This document shows, in pieces, positions 39,051-55,575 of a stretch of DNA of 64,000 nucleotides. A program made the translations under genes and the position numbers. The notes under the pieces were generated by a model, which saw nothing but the letters and a program-made list of their open reading frames with translations, was not told the origin of the DNA and did no database searches. Each line of letters opens with the position of its first letter. The first letter of the stretch is position 1. Source of the DNA: the human T2T-CHM13v2.0 reference genome, Homo sapiens; assembly GCF_009914755.1 (NCBI RefSeq), contig NC_060935.1. One strand, 5' to 3'.

Positions 39051-40662
39051 CAGGGATGTACATTTATGTAAGCATAATCATTATATTCATATAAATTTAT
39101 TTATGATTTTAGATAGCATTTTAAAAGCCCACGCTTCCTCTCACTGTTCTGCTTCGACTTCATAATAATTAAACATTTAATGACAATATAATGGCTGTTT
39201 GTATTAATGTATCATTTTCATAATATAGTACAAGTACGTTTTAATTGCATTTAAAAAAATTTTTAATCATAGAGAATTCATCTCCAGATTAAATTGTTGG
39301 GCTTTTATTGAGTTATAATTATAAATTCCTAGAGTGAGGTTTCTAGATTTGAGTATATAAATGCCTGTATACATATTGTTACATGTTACCTTTTTGCCTT
39401 TTCAAGAGAATATAACAATTTACCATGGCAATCACAATAAATCTATGGCCCAATGGGTGTTATCATTTTAATTATGTTTATTTGGTTAGGATAAAACCGG
39501 GTGCTGGGAGATTATTTTAATAAATATTTATTTGATCAATCACAAGGGTAATTTAGTATCTGCCTTTCTTATGTTAATTGCCTCTTCATATTCATGTACT
39601 TTTTCAAAATTCAGCACCAAGTACAGAAGGTTCATTTAAGCATGTTCTGTGTTTAGTAGTTAGTTGTTTTCAATAGTACATTTAAAAGGAAAAAAGCAAA
39701 GAAACAACATTCTTTTCCATCAACACATGTTTGGAGTTTTCCATGATGCCACTGTCTCATTGTCTAGGCTTAAAACGGTTAAAGGGAAAAATAAAAATGA
39801 AAGAAAAAACATATTTTGAATGGCATTAAAAGGTATATTCAGGGGCCCAACCAGTTTATATTTCCTTGAAATCACTTTTGGAAAACACTGACTATATATT
39901 TCTTCTACTATACCAAATGCAAATAATACAGACACGTTTTGAAATATAATAAATTTGTTTACTGTAAAATATAAATAAGTACAGTAGCAAAACAAAGATA
40001 ACACATATCAAAAGAAATAGAGAAAGGGTTCTGGAACACAAGTGATGAAAAGAAAACCTGTTTTCTCTGTTAGAGCACCATTAAATAAACTATTCATTTA
40101 AATATCCCTAATTGCTTTCCAATTGCTAAAGTGATTAGATTTAATATATGTGTTGATGAATGTAATGCCTAATTAAAGAGCTTTTCCTTTTGGTTTCACA
40201 AGCCCATATGTTCTTATTTTGTGCCTAACTAAATAGGAAGGTATCATACAGATCTGCCCTATTACAGACTGAAGAAACAGGTCCAGGGAGAGGAAAGAAC
40301 ATGCTAAATTTACATACAGATACAACTTTAAAACAAGACTTAAAAGTTCAGCTCTCCTAATTCAGCATATATATGTATATGTACTCAAACATTGTTATTT
40401 TCTGTGTGTGTAGACTTAGAGACATTTTAATCTCATAGATATCTCTCTTTTGCCTTCACTACTCCTTTGAGTTCATTTACATAATACTTCAATCAACTTT
40501 GACAATGAAAATGCACCTGTGTTTGGCTGGTTGGGCCAGTTCTTCAATATGTCATTCCAGTGAAGACTGGGCATGACTAAACGTAGTGCAGGAACAAAAA
40601 CCGAAGTAGGAGATAAATCATACCTGTGACTATTTGAATCTTGGGCAAAAAATAAATGAATA

Positions 40663-41068
<406 letters not shown>

Positions 41069-41124
41069 CTACTTTACCAGTTTTTGTTCTATACTACTAT
41101 ATGTATAGTAATTATTTTAGGTAT

Positions 41125-41318
41125 CTTTTTTTTATTTCAATAGGTTTTGGGGGAACAGGTGGTGTTTGGTTACATGAATAAGTTCTTTAGCGGTGATTCC
41201 TGAAATTTTGGTCCACCCATCACCCAAGCAGTGTACACAGTCCCCTATATACACAGCCCCCCTTCCACCCTTTCCCTCAGTCCCCAAAGTCTATTGTATC
41301 ATTCTTATGCCTTTGCAA
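41125..41318 (-). mobile_element. L1PB1-type 3' end fragment
   Basis: TTTCAATAGGTTTTGGGGGAACAGGTGGTGTTTGGTTACATGAATAAGTTCTTTAG. Confidence 0.85.
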
Positions 41319-41399
41319 GGGATCTTGATACATATTGCCAAATTGCTTTCCAGTAACTTTTTGATCAATCTATTCTGAATACAGCTGCCAGAGTGCCCT

Positions 41400-43430
<2,031 letters not shown>

Positions 43431-43449
43431 CCACTAGATACCCACCAAG

Positions 43450-46400
43450 GTTGGTACTTATACCCACCACAGAAAGCCTGATCATAGGCTCACCAACCCA
43501 ATCTCACCCAGTTTTGCACTTTCCAGCTGCTTAGGTTGTAGAGTGTAGGATGTAATCCCTGAATGCCCCAGGTTACCATGTCCCAAGGGACACCCTGGTA
43601 CCTTCTCCAATCAACAAAGGCCAAGTAAAAAATTTCACTGCTATTTTGTATGCAATTGCCTCTTGCTTGCAAGTGTCACCTACTGACCTGAAGATCAAAT
43701 TGCATTTCCTATTACAACATCTGGTGATATCAGTGTACAGTGCTCACCTGGCTCTAATCTGCAACAACCATCTACTGGCCTTTAAGGTGAACTAAAAAAT
43801 CCAGTATAATTCCTGCTGACAGCAATGCACAGCACTGGGGAATAAGCCTTCCAAGATGTCCACCTCCCCATCTCCGTAGAAGTCAGTGAGCCTGACCATG
43901 TGTCCAGCATGCCTTTACTACAAAGGACAAACAACTAGCATTTGAGACAACCATTACAATAAGGCTCTTCCTGCCAAGAAATTCATATAATACCTTTGAT
44001 CCCTAAAACCAATATGTGCAAAGCCAAAGGATGACACCTAACTTGCATGACAGGGACACTTTCAGGAAGGAAAGGAAAAAAAATTCCACTCAAATTAAAG
44101 TAATGAAAAAATAATAAGTGACAGCTTCTACAGATAAGAAGGAACCAGCACAATAACTCCAGCAGCATAAAGAAATAGAATGTTGTGATACACCGCACCC
44201 CCCCAACACACACACAAAGGGACACACTAGCTCTCTAGCAATAGATCCTAACAAAATGAAAACTTTCCAATGAGAAATAAAGAATTCAAGATATGAATTG
44301 TAAGAAAGCTCAATGAGATCCCAGAGAAAGTTAGAAACTAACATTAAAAAATCAAGACAGCAACTTGGGAGACGAAAGATGTAGTAGATATATTTTACAG
44401 AACAAAATAGAACTTATAGAAATGAAAAATTTACTGAAGGCATTTCAAAACACGGTTGAAAGCTTTAACAATTTACCAGATCAGATGGAAGAAACGTATT
44501 TAGAGTTTGCAGACTGTTTTGTTGAATTAACCCAAGCAGATTAAAACAAAGCAAGTTGAATTTTTAAAAATGAACAAAGCCTTCAAGAAATACAGGACTA
44601 TGTAAATATATCAAGTCTACAACTTATAGTATTCTTGAAGTAGAAAAAAAGCAAAAAGTTTGTAAAACACAATTGAGGGAATAATTCAGAAAAAATAGAT
44701 CTTGCTAGAAGATATCCAGATATAAGAACTTCAGAAAATACCTGGAGGATACTATACAAGATGAAAATCACCAAAGCATATTGTCCTTAGACTATGCAAG
44801 GGCAAAAATGAAAGGACAAGTCTTAAAGGCAGCCAGAGAGAAGTGTCAAATCACCTGTAAAGAAAATCCCATCAGACAAACAGTGGACTTCTCAGCAGAA
44901 ACCTTACAAGCCATAAGAGATTTGGGTTCTATTTTTAGCATCCTTAAACAAATGTCAGTCAATAAGTTTATATCCTGTGTGAACTCCCAAAAATTGAGAC
45001 AGGTCTCAGTTAATTGCCAGGGTTGCCAAGGTTGAAGACATGTGCCTGTGACACAAACTCAGGAGGTCCTGATGATATGTGCCCAAGGTGGTCAGAGCAC
45101 AGTTTGGTTTTATACATATTAGGGAGACGAGACATCAGTCAACATATGTAAGATGAACATTGTTTCAGTCTGGAAAGGCAGGACAACTCAAAGCAGGAAA
45201 GGGGCTTCCAGGTCCTAGGTAGATAAGAGACAAATGGTTGCATTGTTTTGAGTTTCAGATTAGCCTCTCCAGAGGAGGCAATCAGATATGCATTTATCTC
45301 AGTGAGCAGAGGGATGACTTTGAATAGAATGGGAGGCAGGTTTTTCCTAAGCAGTTCCCAGCTTGACTTTTCCCTTTAGCTTAGTGATTTTGGGAGCCCA
45401 AGATATTTTCCTTTCATACCTGCCAAACTAAGCTTCTTAAACGAAGGAGAAATAAAGTTTTTGTCATACAAGCAAATTCTAAGGGAATGTGTCACTGTTT
45501 GGCTGGTCATATAAGAAATGCTCAGAAGAGTTCTAAACATGAAATGAAAGGACAATATTGTCCATCATAAAAGCATATGTAGGTAGAGAGCTCACACATC
45601 CTATAAGGCAATTACACAATTCAGACTCCAAGGAAACTAGCTAACAAAACTATGACAAGAACAAACCTCACATGTCAACGTTAACCTTGAACATAAATTG
45701 CCTAAATGCTGTACTTAAAAGATGTAAACTGGAAAAGTGAATTAAAAAAATAAGACCCAACAGTCTGCTACCTACAAGAGATGAATCTAATGGTTAAAGA
45801 TGGCTACAGAGAGAAAGCAAAGAGGTGGGCAAAGATATATCAAGCCAATGGAAAACACAATCAAGCTGAATAACTATTCTTAGATAAAACAGACTTTAAA
45901 CCAACAACAGTAAACACATGCACACACACAGGCACACACACAAACAATCACACGCAGAAGGACATTATATAATGATAAAGTGTTCAATACAATAGGAAGA
46001 TTTAATTATCCTAAATATATATGGACCCAACACTTGAGCACTCAGATTCAGAAAACAAATACAACTAGACCTAAGAAAATAGAGTGACAGCAATACAATA
46101 ATAGTGGGGAACATCAACATCACTGACAACACTAGAAACATCATTGAGGCAAAAAGTCAACAAAAATACTCTGGTCTTAAACTGGGCTCTAGACCAAATG
46201 GACCTAATACACATTTATAGAATATTCTACACAACAACTGCAGAATATACATTTTTCTCATCTGCACATGGAATATTCTCCAAAATTGGCTATATTCTTG
46301 ACCACAAAGCAAGTCCTAATAAATTCAAAAATCAAAATTATATTAAATATCTTCTTAGACCACAGTGGAATAAAATTAGAAATCAATGCCAAGAGGAACT

Positions 46401-47918
46401 CTCAAAACCACAGAAACACATGAGAAGTAAACAACTTGTTACTGAATGACCTTGAGTAAACAACAAAATTAAGGCAGAAATAAAAAAAATTGAAATGAAT
46501 GAAAATAGATACAGAACTTACCAAAACCTCTGGAATATGGCAAAAGCAGTGCTAAGAAGAGAACTTATAGTTTTAAATGCCTATGTCAAAAAGATAGAAA
46601 AATCTTAAGTTAAAAAACAAATGTCACATCTCAAAGAACTAGAAAAGCAAAATCAAATCAAATCTAAAGTTAACAGAAGAAAAGAAATAACACAGATCAA
46701 AACAGAACTAAATGAGACTGACACCAAAAAAGAATACAAAAGATCAAAGAAAGTATAAGTTGGTTCTTTGAAAGGGTAAACAAAATCGATAGACTACTAG
46801 TTAGTTTAATCAAGAGAAAAAGAGAGGAGATTCAAAAAACACAATCAGAAATGATGACATTACAACTGATAAAGAGAAATATAAGAGATCCTCAGAGATT
46901 ACTATGAATATCTCTATGCACACAATCTAGAAAACCTAGAGGAAATTGATACATTTCTGGAAGTATACAACCTACCAAGATTGAATCACAAAGAAATAGA
47001 AATCCGAAACTGACCAATAACAAGCAATGAAATTGAATCAGAAATGAAAATTATTCTAACCAAACTGACTTGGATCCAATGGATTTATAGACAAATTTTA
47101 TCAGATGTACAAAGAAGGACTAGTATTAATTCTACAGAAAATATTCCCAAAAATGAAGGAGGAGGAATTGTACCCCAACTCATTCTATAAAACCAGTTCT
47201 ACCCTGATAGAAAAAACAGTCGCAGACACAACAACAACAAAAAAGACAACTGCGGTCCAATATCCCTGATGAACATAGATGCAAAGATCCTCAGTAAAAT
47301 ACAAGCAAATAGAATCTAACAGCATATCAAAAAGAAAATTCATCATGATAAAGTGGGTTTTATTTCAGCAAATACAAGGATGGTTAAACCTTTACAAATC
47401 AATAAATGGGATTCACCACAAAAACAGACTTAAAAACTAAACCACATTTATTACTTACAATAATTGTTATAGATGTGGAAAAAAGCATTTCATTAAACAT
47501 CCCTTCATGATAAAAATAATTAACAAATTAGACATTGAAGGCACATACCTCAAAATAAGAAGATTACATATATAGCAAACTGACAGCTATCATCGTACTG
47601 AATAGAGAAAAGTTGAAAGGACTCCTCCTATGAACTGGAAAAAGACAAAGATGTTCATTCTCACCACTCATATTCAACATGCTACTGGAAGCTGTAGCCA
47701 AAGCAATCAAGTGAGATAAAATTTTTAAAAGCATCTAAATTAGAAAAGATGAAGCCAAATTACCTCTGTTCACTGATGACACGATCTTATAACAAGAAAA
47801 CTCTGAGAACTCTTTCAAAAGACTCAGACTTAATAAGATACTTTAGTAAAGTTTCAGAATATACAATCAATATAAAAAATCAGTAGTATTTCTATATACC
47901 AATAACATTCAATCTGAG
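43450..47918 (+). mobile_element. Old L1 (L1M/L1PB-type): 5' UTR part, ORF1, endonuclease and RT start; 3' part missing
   Basis: ORF1 motif LKAAREK..PIRQTVDFSAETLQA (ORF 44781); EN motif LDQMDLIHIYRIF..EYTFFSSAHG (ORF 46144); CCAATATCCCTGATGAACATAGATGCAAA (RT). Confidence 0.9.
44978..45418 (-). mobile_element. MER4A-type ERV1 solo LTR, 4-bp TSD CCTG
   Basis: GAGACAGGTCTCAGTTAATT..CTCAGGAGGTCCTGA..GCAGTTCCCAGCTTGACTTTTCCC. CCTG at 44974-77 and 45419-22. Confidence 0.92.
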
Positions 47919-50900
47919 TACAGCACACAGCAGGGGGACCTGGGCCTGTCTGGATATTTGTTTATTAATTTCATACCAATGCAGTTTAAAAAATCTATTT
48001 ATTTAATTTTTAGAGGGCATGCCCATGTCATGCTAGGTTGTTATCTTGATAAACCAACAATCACATTCCCTAGCGTATGTCCTCCCGCATCTCCCCTTGG
48101 CCTTTGTCCCTAAACCCACATTGTGTTTTGACTATGATGTTATCTCTGGGTAGTTTTTCTACATGATCTTCCTAACTCTGTTTTTGGATAAAACATAGTC
48201 TAACTCTTGTCTATGAATCTGCAATGACAATCTGCCACTTTAAAGCTATCCTCTTCATTTGGGTAATCCCTTACCCCAATTCTTTTACCCCTTTCACATT
48301 TCAGAACTCCTGTTGCTAGGTTAAAATATATTATTTAACTCAATTTAGCAATTCACCTTTGTGACCCTTAATTATTTAGATGGCAAGATTAAGATTTCCT
48401 TTACAAAGTAATTGTAAAATAATTGAAAATGGGAAAGTAATAACTGAACTCTCTAATAGAGTCTTAAGCGATGGCTAGGGATATTTTAGTTTTAACAATG
48501 GGAATAGGGTGAGGAGTCACATCACCAGGCTTTAATGAAATTAGCTTTATGTAATGTTTGGCCTTATATTTGTTATAAGAATATTATAATAAAGGGTAGA
48601 ATAAAAATATACTCAGAGATTCTGGAACATTCCTACTGGCAGAATAAGCCGTACAATGTATATCATCATAGAAATTTTTTCTTTAAAATGTTATTTATAT
48701 TGAAAACATGTAATATCAAAATTTTTCATATTCTATAATTTTTGTGACCTAGATTATTTATAATTATTTATGACTTGAAGATGAAGATTGCATTTCTGAG
48801 AAGTGAGACAGTAAATTTGTAGTTTACAATGCATAGGGGAATACCCTGACCATGGTGCCATAGCTAAGAAGAAAGACCTCTTCTATTTTATATTTCTTTA
48901 TTCATGATTAAAATATATACATGGAATATATGGCTAGGCAAGAGTAGGTCAGGATCCTGCCCTCTTTCCCTGTCAGGGTTGTGTGAAGATGTAAGTTTCT
49001 GAAATGAGAAGTGTTCTCTCCAGCAATGCTATATAAATATGGGAGTCAGGAGTAATTTCTCCAAAGAAAATCAGCATGCTATTTGGAAAGGAGATGGATA
49101 CTGAACTCCACCCTTTCCCCCAATAACTACTAAAAAGTCTCAGTAGACAGATCAGAAGAGAGAGAAACTTTTCACCCCCTATATGGAGGTCACATGGACA
49201 TTCTATATAAGATAAAAATCCACAGCAACACTATGTATGGTTGGAGAGAGAGTCCCCTGGCAGGAATACATGTTTGCTGACTGTTGTGGTTTAATATACC
49301 TCTACTGCCTTCTGAAGCTTTCAGCTTGAAAACTGGCTCACTTAGAAAAGAGGCATAAAACATGCCTTATTATGACATCCCAAAAGCAGAGAGGTAAAGT
49401 GATTGAAAGAATGTCTTCTATGATCATAGGTTGAGAGAAGGCTTTTAATTTTAATCACCAAACTATACATGCAAACAAATAGCTTTGTCATATTCTATAT
49501 GCACAGAGTACATTTAATAAACTAATTCTAATGTAAATATGACAGCTATTTAAAAAAATGAAAAATCTTTGTCCTAATAGATATCACTCGCTATAATTAA
49601 AGGCTTCTTTATTCCATTAAATTTGATCCATAGAATGAAATCCCTTTTGGTTTGAGATCATGGGACTAGTAGAGCATCTCTCTCTCTCTCTGCCCTTCTT
49701 TAGAAGGTAATTTCTAATTTCTTTGAACATTGTTATGAAAATTTATTTTTTTTATTTTTAAGTGAGGTTTTTATTGATCTATTTCTGTTTTGGGAATGCT
49801 TCAGTCTGTCACCTCAACTGCCACAGCTTTTGTTTCAATGTGTGGGTCTCAAGTAACAGCTGCAATGTATGAATACTCTCATTTGGTTTGCAAGAGAAAA
49901 TGCTGCAAAATTTCCTGATCATGATGAATTATAGTGCTAATGAGCTAATGAGCAGGAGGTAAGTTCATTGTGAGAATTTGTCACACTTCTCAAATTTTGA
50001 ACATTCTGCTATAAGCTTTGGAATTAAAAGCTAAAGTTATTCCAGTGACTTTAGCAAGAGAAATTAATTACCCCTCCTGGCAATAAATATTGGAAATTTT
50101 TCAGAGAATCATTCCTCCGCCCATTAGTGTCTTTGTAATGTATTTCCTCACAGCCAGTGGGATGGTTGAATGTGCTACTACAGCACATTCTCTGTATGAT
50201 GTATAAAGATTAGGATTTAGTATCTCTGGTTTCATGCAGAATTAACTGATTTTGATACTAACCCAAGTAATTGACTCATGTCTTTCTCACCATCATTTTA
50301 GAAATCCCTATGGACAAAATGTACAGCTCTAATGTACTTGCTACAGAAGTAAGTGTTAGGATGGTTAACAAATTGATTGCAAAGTAGCAGAAAAAGTTGC
50401 CTTTTGTTTTTGCTGTTTGTTTTTAAGAGAATGGGCTGCAAATTACAGAATTAACAGTTATATGCCATCCAACAATTTCTTTCCTTTTAACTTCCTTGTC
50501 TGGTAAAGGAACTGATTTAGAACACATGGTGATTGATGACTCCCTTTCAGCACAATATATCACTGCTACTTCCAGACATTTCCAATGGTGAATAGAAATT
50601 CTGTGTGTGCAGTCCAACCAAAGAGAATGACCAAATTATTTGACATATACTTAGAAATGTGTAGAGAAGTCGTAACTGATATAAAGTGAAGATGTCACAC
50701 CACTTTCAGAAAAACACGTATTTTGCAACCTTTCAGACATGCCCTTTATGTGCCTAAGATACACCGAGATAGAAAAAATATTTTTGAAATAAAAGAGCCA
50801 AATAACCGCATATATAACACCTCTACTTTATAGTGACAAATTCTCTCATGATATAATGCCTGTCAAATCACTGTCATAATTAAACTATGAAGTGAGTTTT

Positions 50901-51899
50901 CTCTGCTGAAGGATGTCAGCTAGTAGTTTGGATATATTCCTCTGACCACACTATGCATGCTTCCTGCATGAAGATTTCAAGCAATACTGTTCATTTGCTC
51001 TGTGCTCATTAGTGACTCATCTTAGACTTCTTTGAAGTGCCTGACCTTGAAAAATAAAGTTAGTGAAGTGTGACAGAAGAGTAATATTCTGTAAAGAACA
51101 AAGTGATAGTACATGAAGGAGTACAATTTGACTAGAGTGATCTGAAATGAAATTAAAGCGCACACCAAGTTCCTTGGTTAATGCTTCATCTCTGGTGTCT
51201 GTTTTTAAGTGGAGAAATAAAGACACACTTTCTGAGAAAGTGACATAGATCTCCATTTCCCATGTTTTTGAGCCCTATTAGAGTCAGAAAATATCTTTCT
51301 TTTTGATTGAAATTTCCTTTTCCAATGGGTCACAGCTTTAACTTTGAAGACGCACTTTAAAAATTACTTTGCACATGAACAGTTCAGGAGTGTGGTAAAA
51401 CTCATTTAGCTGTAATGGGAAAATAAAAATTTTATTCCTTTTACTTCTTCATTTTACAAACTCAGTAAATTGCTTAAATTTTGTTTTATGGTATGTTCTT
51501 TTTTAAATATAATAACTCTGAGTTTTAAGATATCTCGCAATTGTAAAAATAAAAAGTATAATGTTACCAAAATATATTTGTATATATTTACTTTAGATAA
51601 ATCAGTGAATAGAATTTGAAGGGCTCGTAAGGCTACTATGGAAAGAGAAAGTCCTCTTTTGACCTATTGTCTACTTTGGACTATCACAGACTCTGATTAT
51701 ACAGAGCCCAAAATTGACTAGGCCTAAAGTCTTAACTCATACCAATTAAACTATTGTAGAAACTGTAATGTCTTCAGATGACACCAGGGCCTGAGTCTGA
51801 ATGGCAGTAAATATATTGGCTACCTTGAGCAAGAATCACTTAGATGAACACACAGTCCTGTTGCGGGGGGCAGGGGGCAGGGTGCATGTGTGTGTACAT

Positions 51900-52110
51900 T
51901 TGCTGTATACCTATAAAGAACAATTAAGAGAAAATTAAGAAAATCTGAGTTTGACTAGTTATTATGTTATACTAAAAGTTTTTCTTGGTTGTAAAACAAA
52001 TGGTGTTATAGTTAAGTAGAAAGATGTTTATTTTTAAGATTTATTTACCGTAGTATTGATGATTGAAACATCATTGTGCCAATGTTATATCAAAATGATC
52101 CAGTCAAATG
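51900..52110 (+). mobile_element. L1ME-type 3' UTR fragment
   Basis: GAAAATCTGAGTTTGACTAG..TTTTCTTGGTTGT..AATGGTGTTATAGTT. Confidence 0.4.
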
Positions 52111-52789
52111 TGTGTATGTTTACTCCCTTCAGGTAAAAAGATAAGGGTTAAAAACAAAAGATTGTTGTGCTTCAGTTTTTGTCTGTAGTGTCTCATGATA
52201 ATAATCAGTTTCATTATAATCAAGTTGATTCAGACTGAGTTTTACTTTTCCCGTTCAATAAATGAATAATGTGGACCAGGAAGGATCAATGCTTAGAGTG
52301 TGTCATGAAGATAAAATCATACTTAGTCCAAGTTTGTACACGTGAGATTCAAAACAAGTGAATAAAATACCCAAATAACAGATATTCTTATTTACAGTTT
52401 CTATTACTGCACTTGTTAGCCAAAACCATTCTTTATGGACTGCATGGTCATTGGTTAAGAAAATGTGAACAGACATTAAATTTAGAGAAACCCAAAGTAA
52501 GTAGTTAAAAACTAGGGTGTGAAACCTGACATCATCAGTACATTCAAGATAACTTATGAACCAGAATCAGACATTCTCTGAATTGGAAATGAAGCCCCAG
52601 GAGTGATGGGAACTGCTGAGGGCCAGGAAATATAGGAATCAGGTGTCTAGGTAAGGAGAAGTAACCAGAAGATGGGCACATCCCTGCCCAACTATTGTAG
52701 TAGGTAGATCTACTCCCTCCCTTAACAGCTGTGTTCTAACCAAAGTAATGATTGGTGATAACTTCCTGAATGCACCATGCCCTGCCTTT

Positions 52790-53105
52790 GTACAACATGG
52801 CATTCTACCTAGTATAGTTTTCCCTTTTCTTCAACTAGATGACGTCTTCCAATCTTTCGAGTCTCAGCCCCCAGCACCAGGGTTATTTCTGAGATTCCCT
52901 CCCTGTATCCCAGTGTGCACTGAGTACTGCTTCCCTGCCTCTATGATTATGTTCTTAGCTCTGTCACAGCACTTTATTACGGTGCCTTCCTTCTCAGTTT
53001 ATTCACCTGAGATTGTGTGCACACCATCAGATTGACACCATCTTGATTTATCTTTGTATATTTAGTGCATGTCTGCTATATGCTGAATTAATAAATGAAA
53101 GAAAT
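52790..53105 (+). mobile_element. L2 3' fragment
   Basis: ATCTTGATTTATCTTTGTAT..TGCTGAATTAATAAATGAA tail. Confidence 0.5.
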
Positions 53106-53504
53106 TTTTGAATTTGAAACTAGGGCTCTATCTGAGGGCCATATTACAAGCTGTAAAGGTGATGACTTGAATTCATAAGCAGAGAACATACATCAATACA
53201 TTTCCTCAGACCTAAGTTCAGAAAAAAAATACAATATTGCTCAGCACTCTAAATCTTCCTGCAAAATTCTTAAATTAAAAAAAAATTGACCTTCAAATGT
53301 ACTTGTATTTAAACTTACACTGTTATATAATATGGATGAGAGTAAGGTAGGATTTTGGAATTTGAATTCTACCTATTATTACTGTTTTACTCTGTGAATC
53401 CCATAAAAAGCAACAACATAATGAGAAATTTCCATAGTATAAATTACGTCTGCCTAGTAAATTCTCTCTCAGGCTTTACTAAAAGTTACTTATATCCTAA
53501 GATT

Positions 53505-54150
53505 TAGAGAGGACTGGCTATATAATTTGAGGGACCAGTATAAAATTAAAAGCCAGAGGCTCTCATTAAAGAGAGAGAATAAAGTATCACAAAAGCTACT
53601 AAGCACACAGGTTTTTCCTTTACAAATACTTCAATCCTTATAAAACATAAGGGTGATATATGAATAACATTAGTAACAAAAATTGCATAAACATATTTTG
53701 GTATCATGTTTTTATATTACAATGTAAATAACTCCACTTTAGTAATTCAATAGTTTGATTGATTATAAGATTCTTCTAAGATTTTTTTCTAAAATAATTT
53801 TTTGGTAATTAATATTTCTGCATCTAGAAATTTATTTTCAATTGAGGTAGTTGAAAAAATTAGTTGATCTTAGTAAATGTAAGATCACATATAATTTTCT
53901 ACGATTTTAATTTTGAGAAGAATCTTCCCGATAATATAATTGCTGTTAAGAATTTTCATAGGTTGTGACAATATTGGGATACGTTTCTGATAGAGCATTT
54001 TAAAATGTAATTTTTATGCATCTACAGCTTATGATTTTCATGAATCAATTTTTCTAAATATATTTAGCATACCATACAAATCACTTCCTTGTATGTTTGA
54101 ATTTAATTCAAAATGTAAGTTTATACAATGCTATTTCAGTATTTCTTCCT
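53505..54150. mobile_element. MER45-family (hAT-Tip100) DNA transposon with a transposase C-terminal remnant on the minus strand
   Basis: Terminus GGACTGGCTATATAATTTGAGGGACCAGTATAAAATTAAAA resembles MER45. The minus strand encodes LSETYPNIVTTY and RFFSKLKIVENY..SIEN. Confidence 0.75.
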
Positions 54151-54151
54151 C

Positions 54152-54692
54152 TTTTTTTAAATTTTACTTTTAAGTTCCGGGATACACGTGCAGAATGTGC
54201 AGTTTGTTACACAGGCATGCATGTGCTATGGCAGTTTGCTGCACTTATCAAATCTTCATCTAGGTTTTAAGCCCCGCATGCATTCCGTATTTGTCCTAAT
54301 GCTCTCCTTCCCCTTGACCTCCACCCCCAACAGGCCCCAGTGTGTGATGTTCCCCTCCCTATGTCCATGTGTTCTCATTGTTCAACTCCCACTTATGAGT
54401 GAGAACATGCAGTGTTTGGTTTTCTGTTCCTGTGTCAGTTTGCTGAGAATGATGGCTTCCAGCTTCATCCATGTCCCTGCAAAGGACATGATTTCATTCT
54501 TTTTTGTTTGTGGGTGCATAGTATTCCATGGTGTATATGTGCCACATTTTCTTTATCCAGTATATCATTGATGGGCATTTAGTTTGGTTCCAACTCTTTG
54601 CTATTGTAAAGAGTGCTGCAATAAACAGAAGTGTGCATGTGTCTTCATAATAGAATGATTTATAATATTTGGGTTATATACCTAGTAATGGA
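54152..54692 (-). mobile_element. L1PA (PA8-like) 3' end
   Basis: TTTAAGTTCCGGGATACACGTGCAG..CTAGGTTTTAAGCCCCGCATGCATT..ACCTAGTAATGG. Confidence 0.9.
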
Positions 54693-54871
54693 ATATATAT
54701 ATATGTATATATATATGTGTGTATATATGTGTATATATGTATATATATGTATATATATGTGTATATATGTATATATATGTATATATATGTGTATATATGT
54801 ATATATGTGTATATATGTGTATATATGTATATATGTGTATATATGTATATATGTGTATATATGTGTATATA

Positions 54872-54918
<47 letters not shown>
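54693..54918. repeat. Long (TA)/(TG) compound microsatellite (TATATG / TATATGTG units)
   Basis: Read directly. Confidence 0.95.
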
Positions 54919-54921
<3 letters not shown>

Positions 54922-55279
54922 AAGAGATTCTTGCTATCTTGATTTGGCTTGGCACTCAATTTTACCACCGCAGCAAAGTTGGGCTTAAAATATGAGTCAG
55001 CTTAATTCTCTCTGGATAATACTGTCCTATGGAATACTTTTTTTTTGGTAGAATATAGCAGGTTTAAAGGTCTTATGGATATGAAGAATTTGACACATCC
55101 AAATAAATGAGTTAAGGCAGAGTGGCACAGATCATATATAGACTGTATTGAGGGATTTGATTATTATTTTCAGTTTATAAAGGAAGCTAATAAAACAAAC
55201 ATTTTAAGTAGAGAAAATAAAAATTCAATGTACATTTGACAATATTGGTTGACATATTCATTAAAGTCTAATAAGCATG

Positions 55280-55575
55280 GAAGGTATGAGAGGATTCAAA
55301 AAGCTACCTCCAAAAGTTTTGTTTCATCCTAGGAGGTAGCCCTCATTCAATAACTGATGGATGTGGAGATGGAAAGGCACAGCCCCTGTTCCTTATTCAG
55401 GACAGTTCTGGAGAGCCACGCAACTTCACATTATCTCCATGATTGGGGGGAGAATTTCACATTTTCCCTCTGCCTCATCTCACTTCCTTCTTTCCTTCAT
55501 AAGTATTGTTCTAGATGCACCTCCCATAATCTTCCTGCACACACCATTTCCCAGTCCATTTTTAGGAAACTGATA
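55280..55575 (+). mobile_element. LTR16-type ERVL LTR fragment
   Basis: CAATAACTGATGGATG..AAAGGCACAGCCCCT..GGACAGTTCTG..CCCTCTGCC..CTTCCTGCAC. Confidence 0.55.

Noticed and set aside
54631-54995. Four ~90-108 aa Y/I/C/V ORFs
   Set aside because: Microsatellite translation artefacts.
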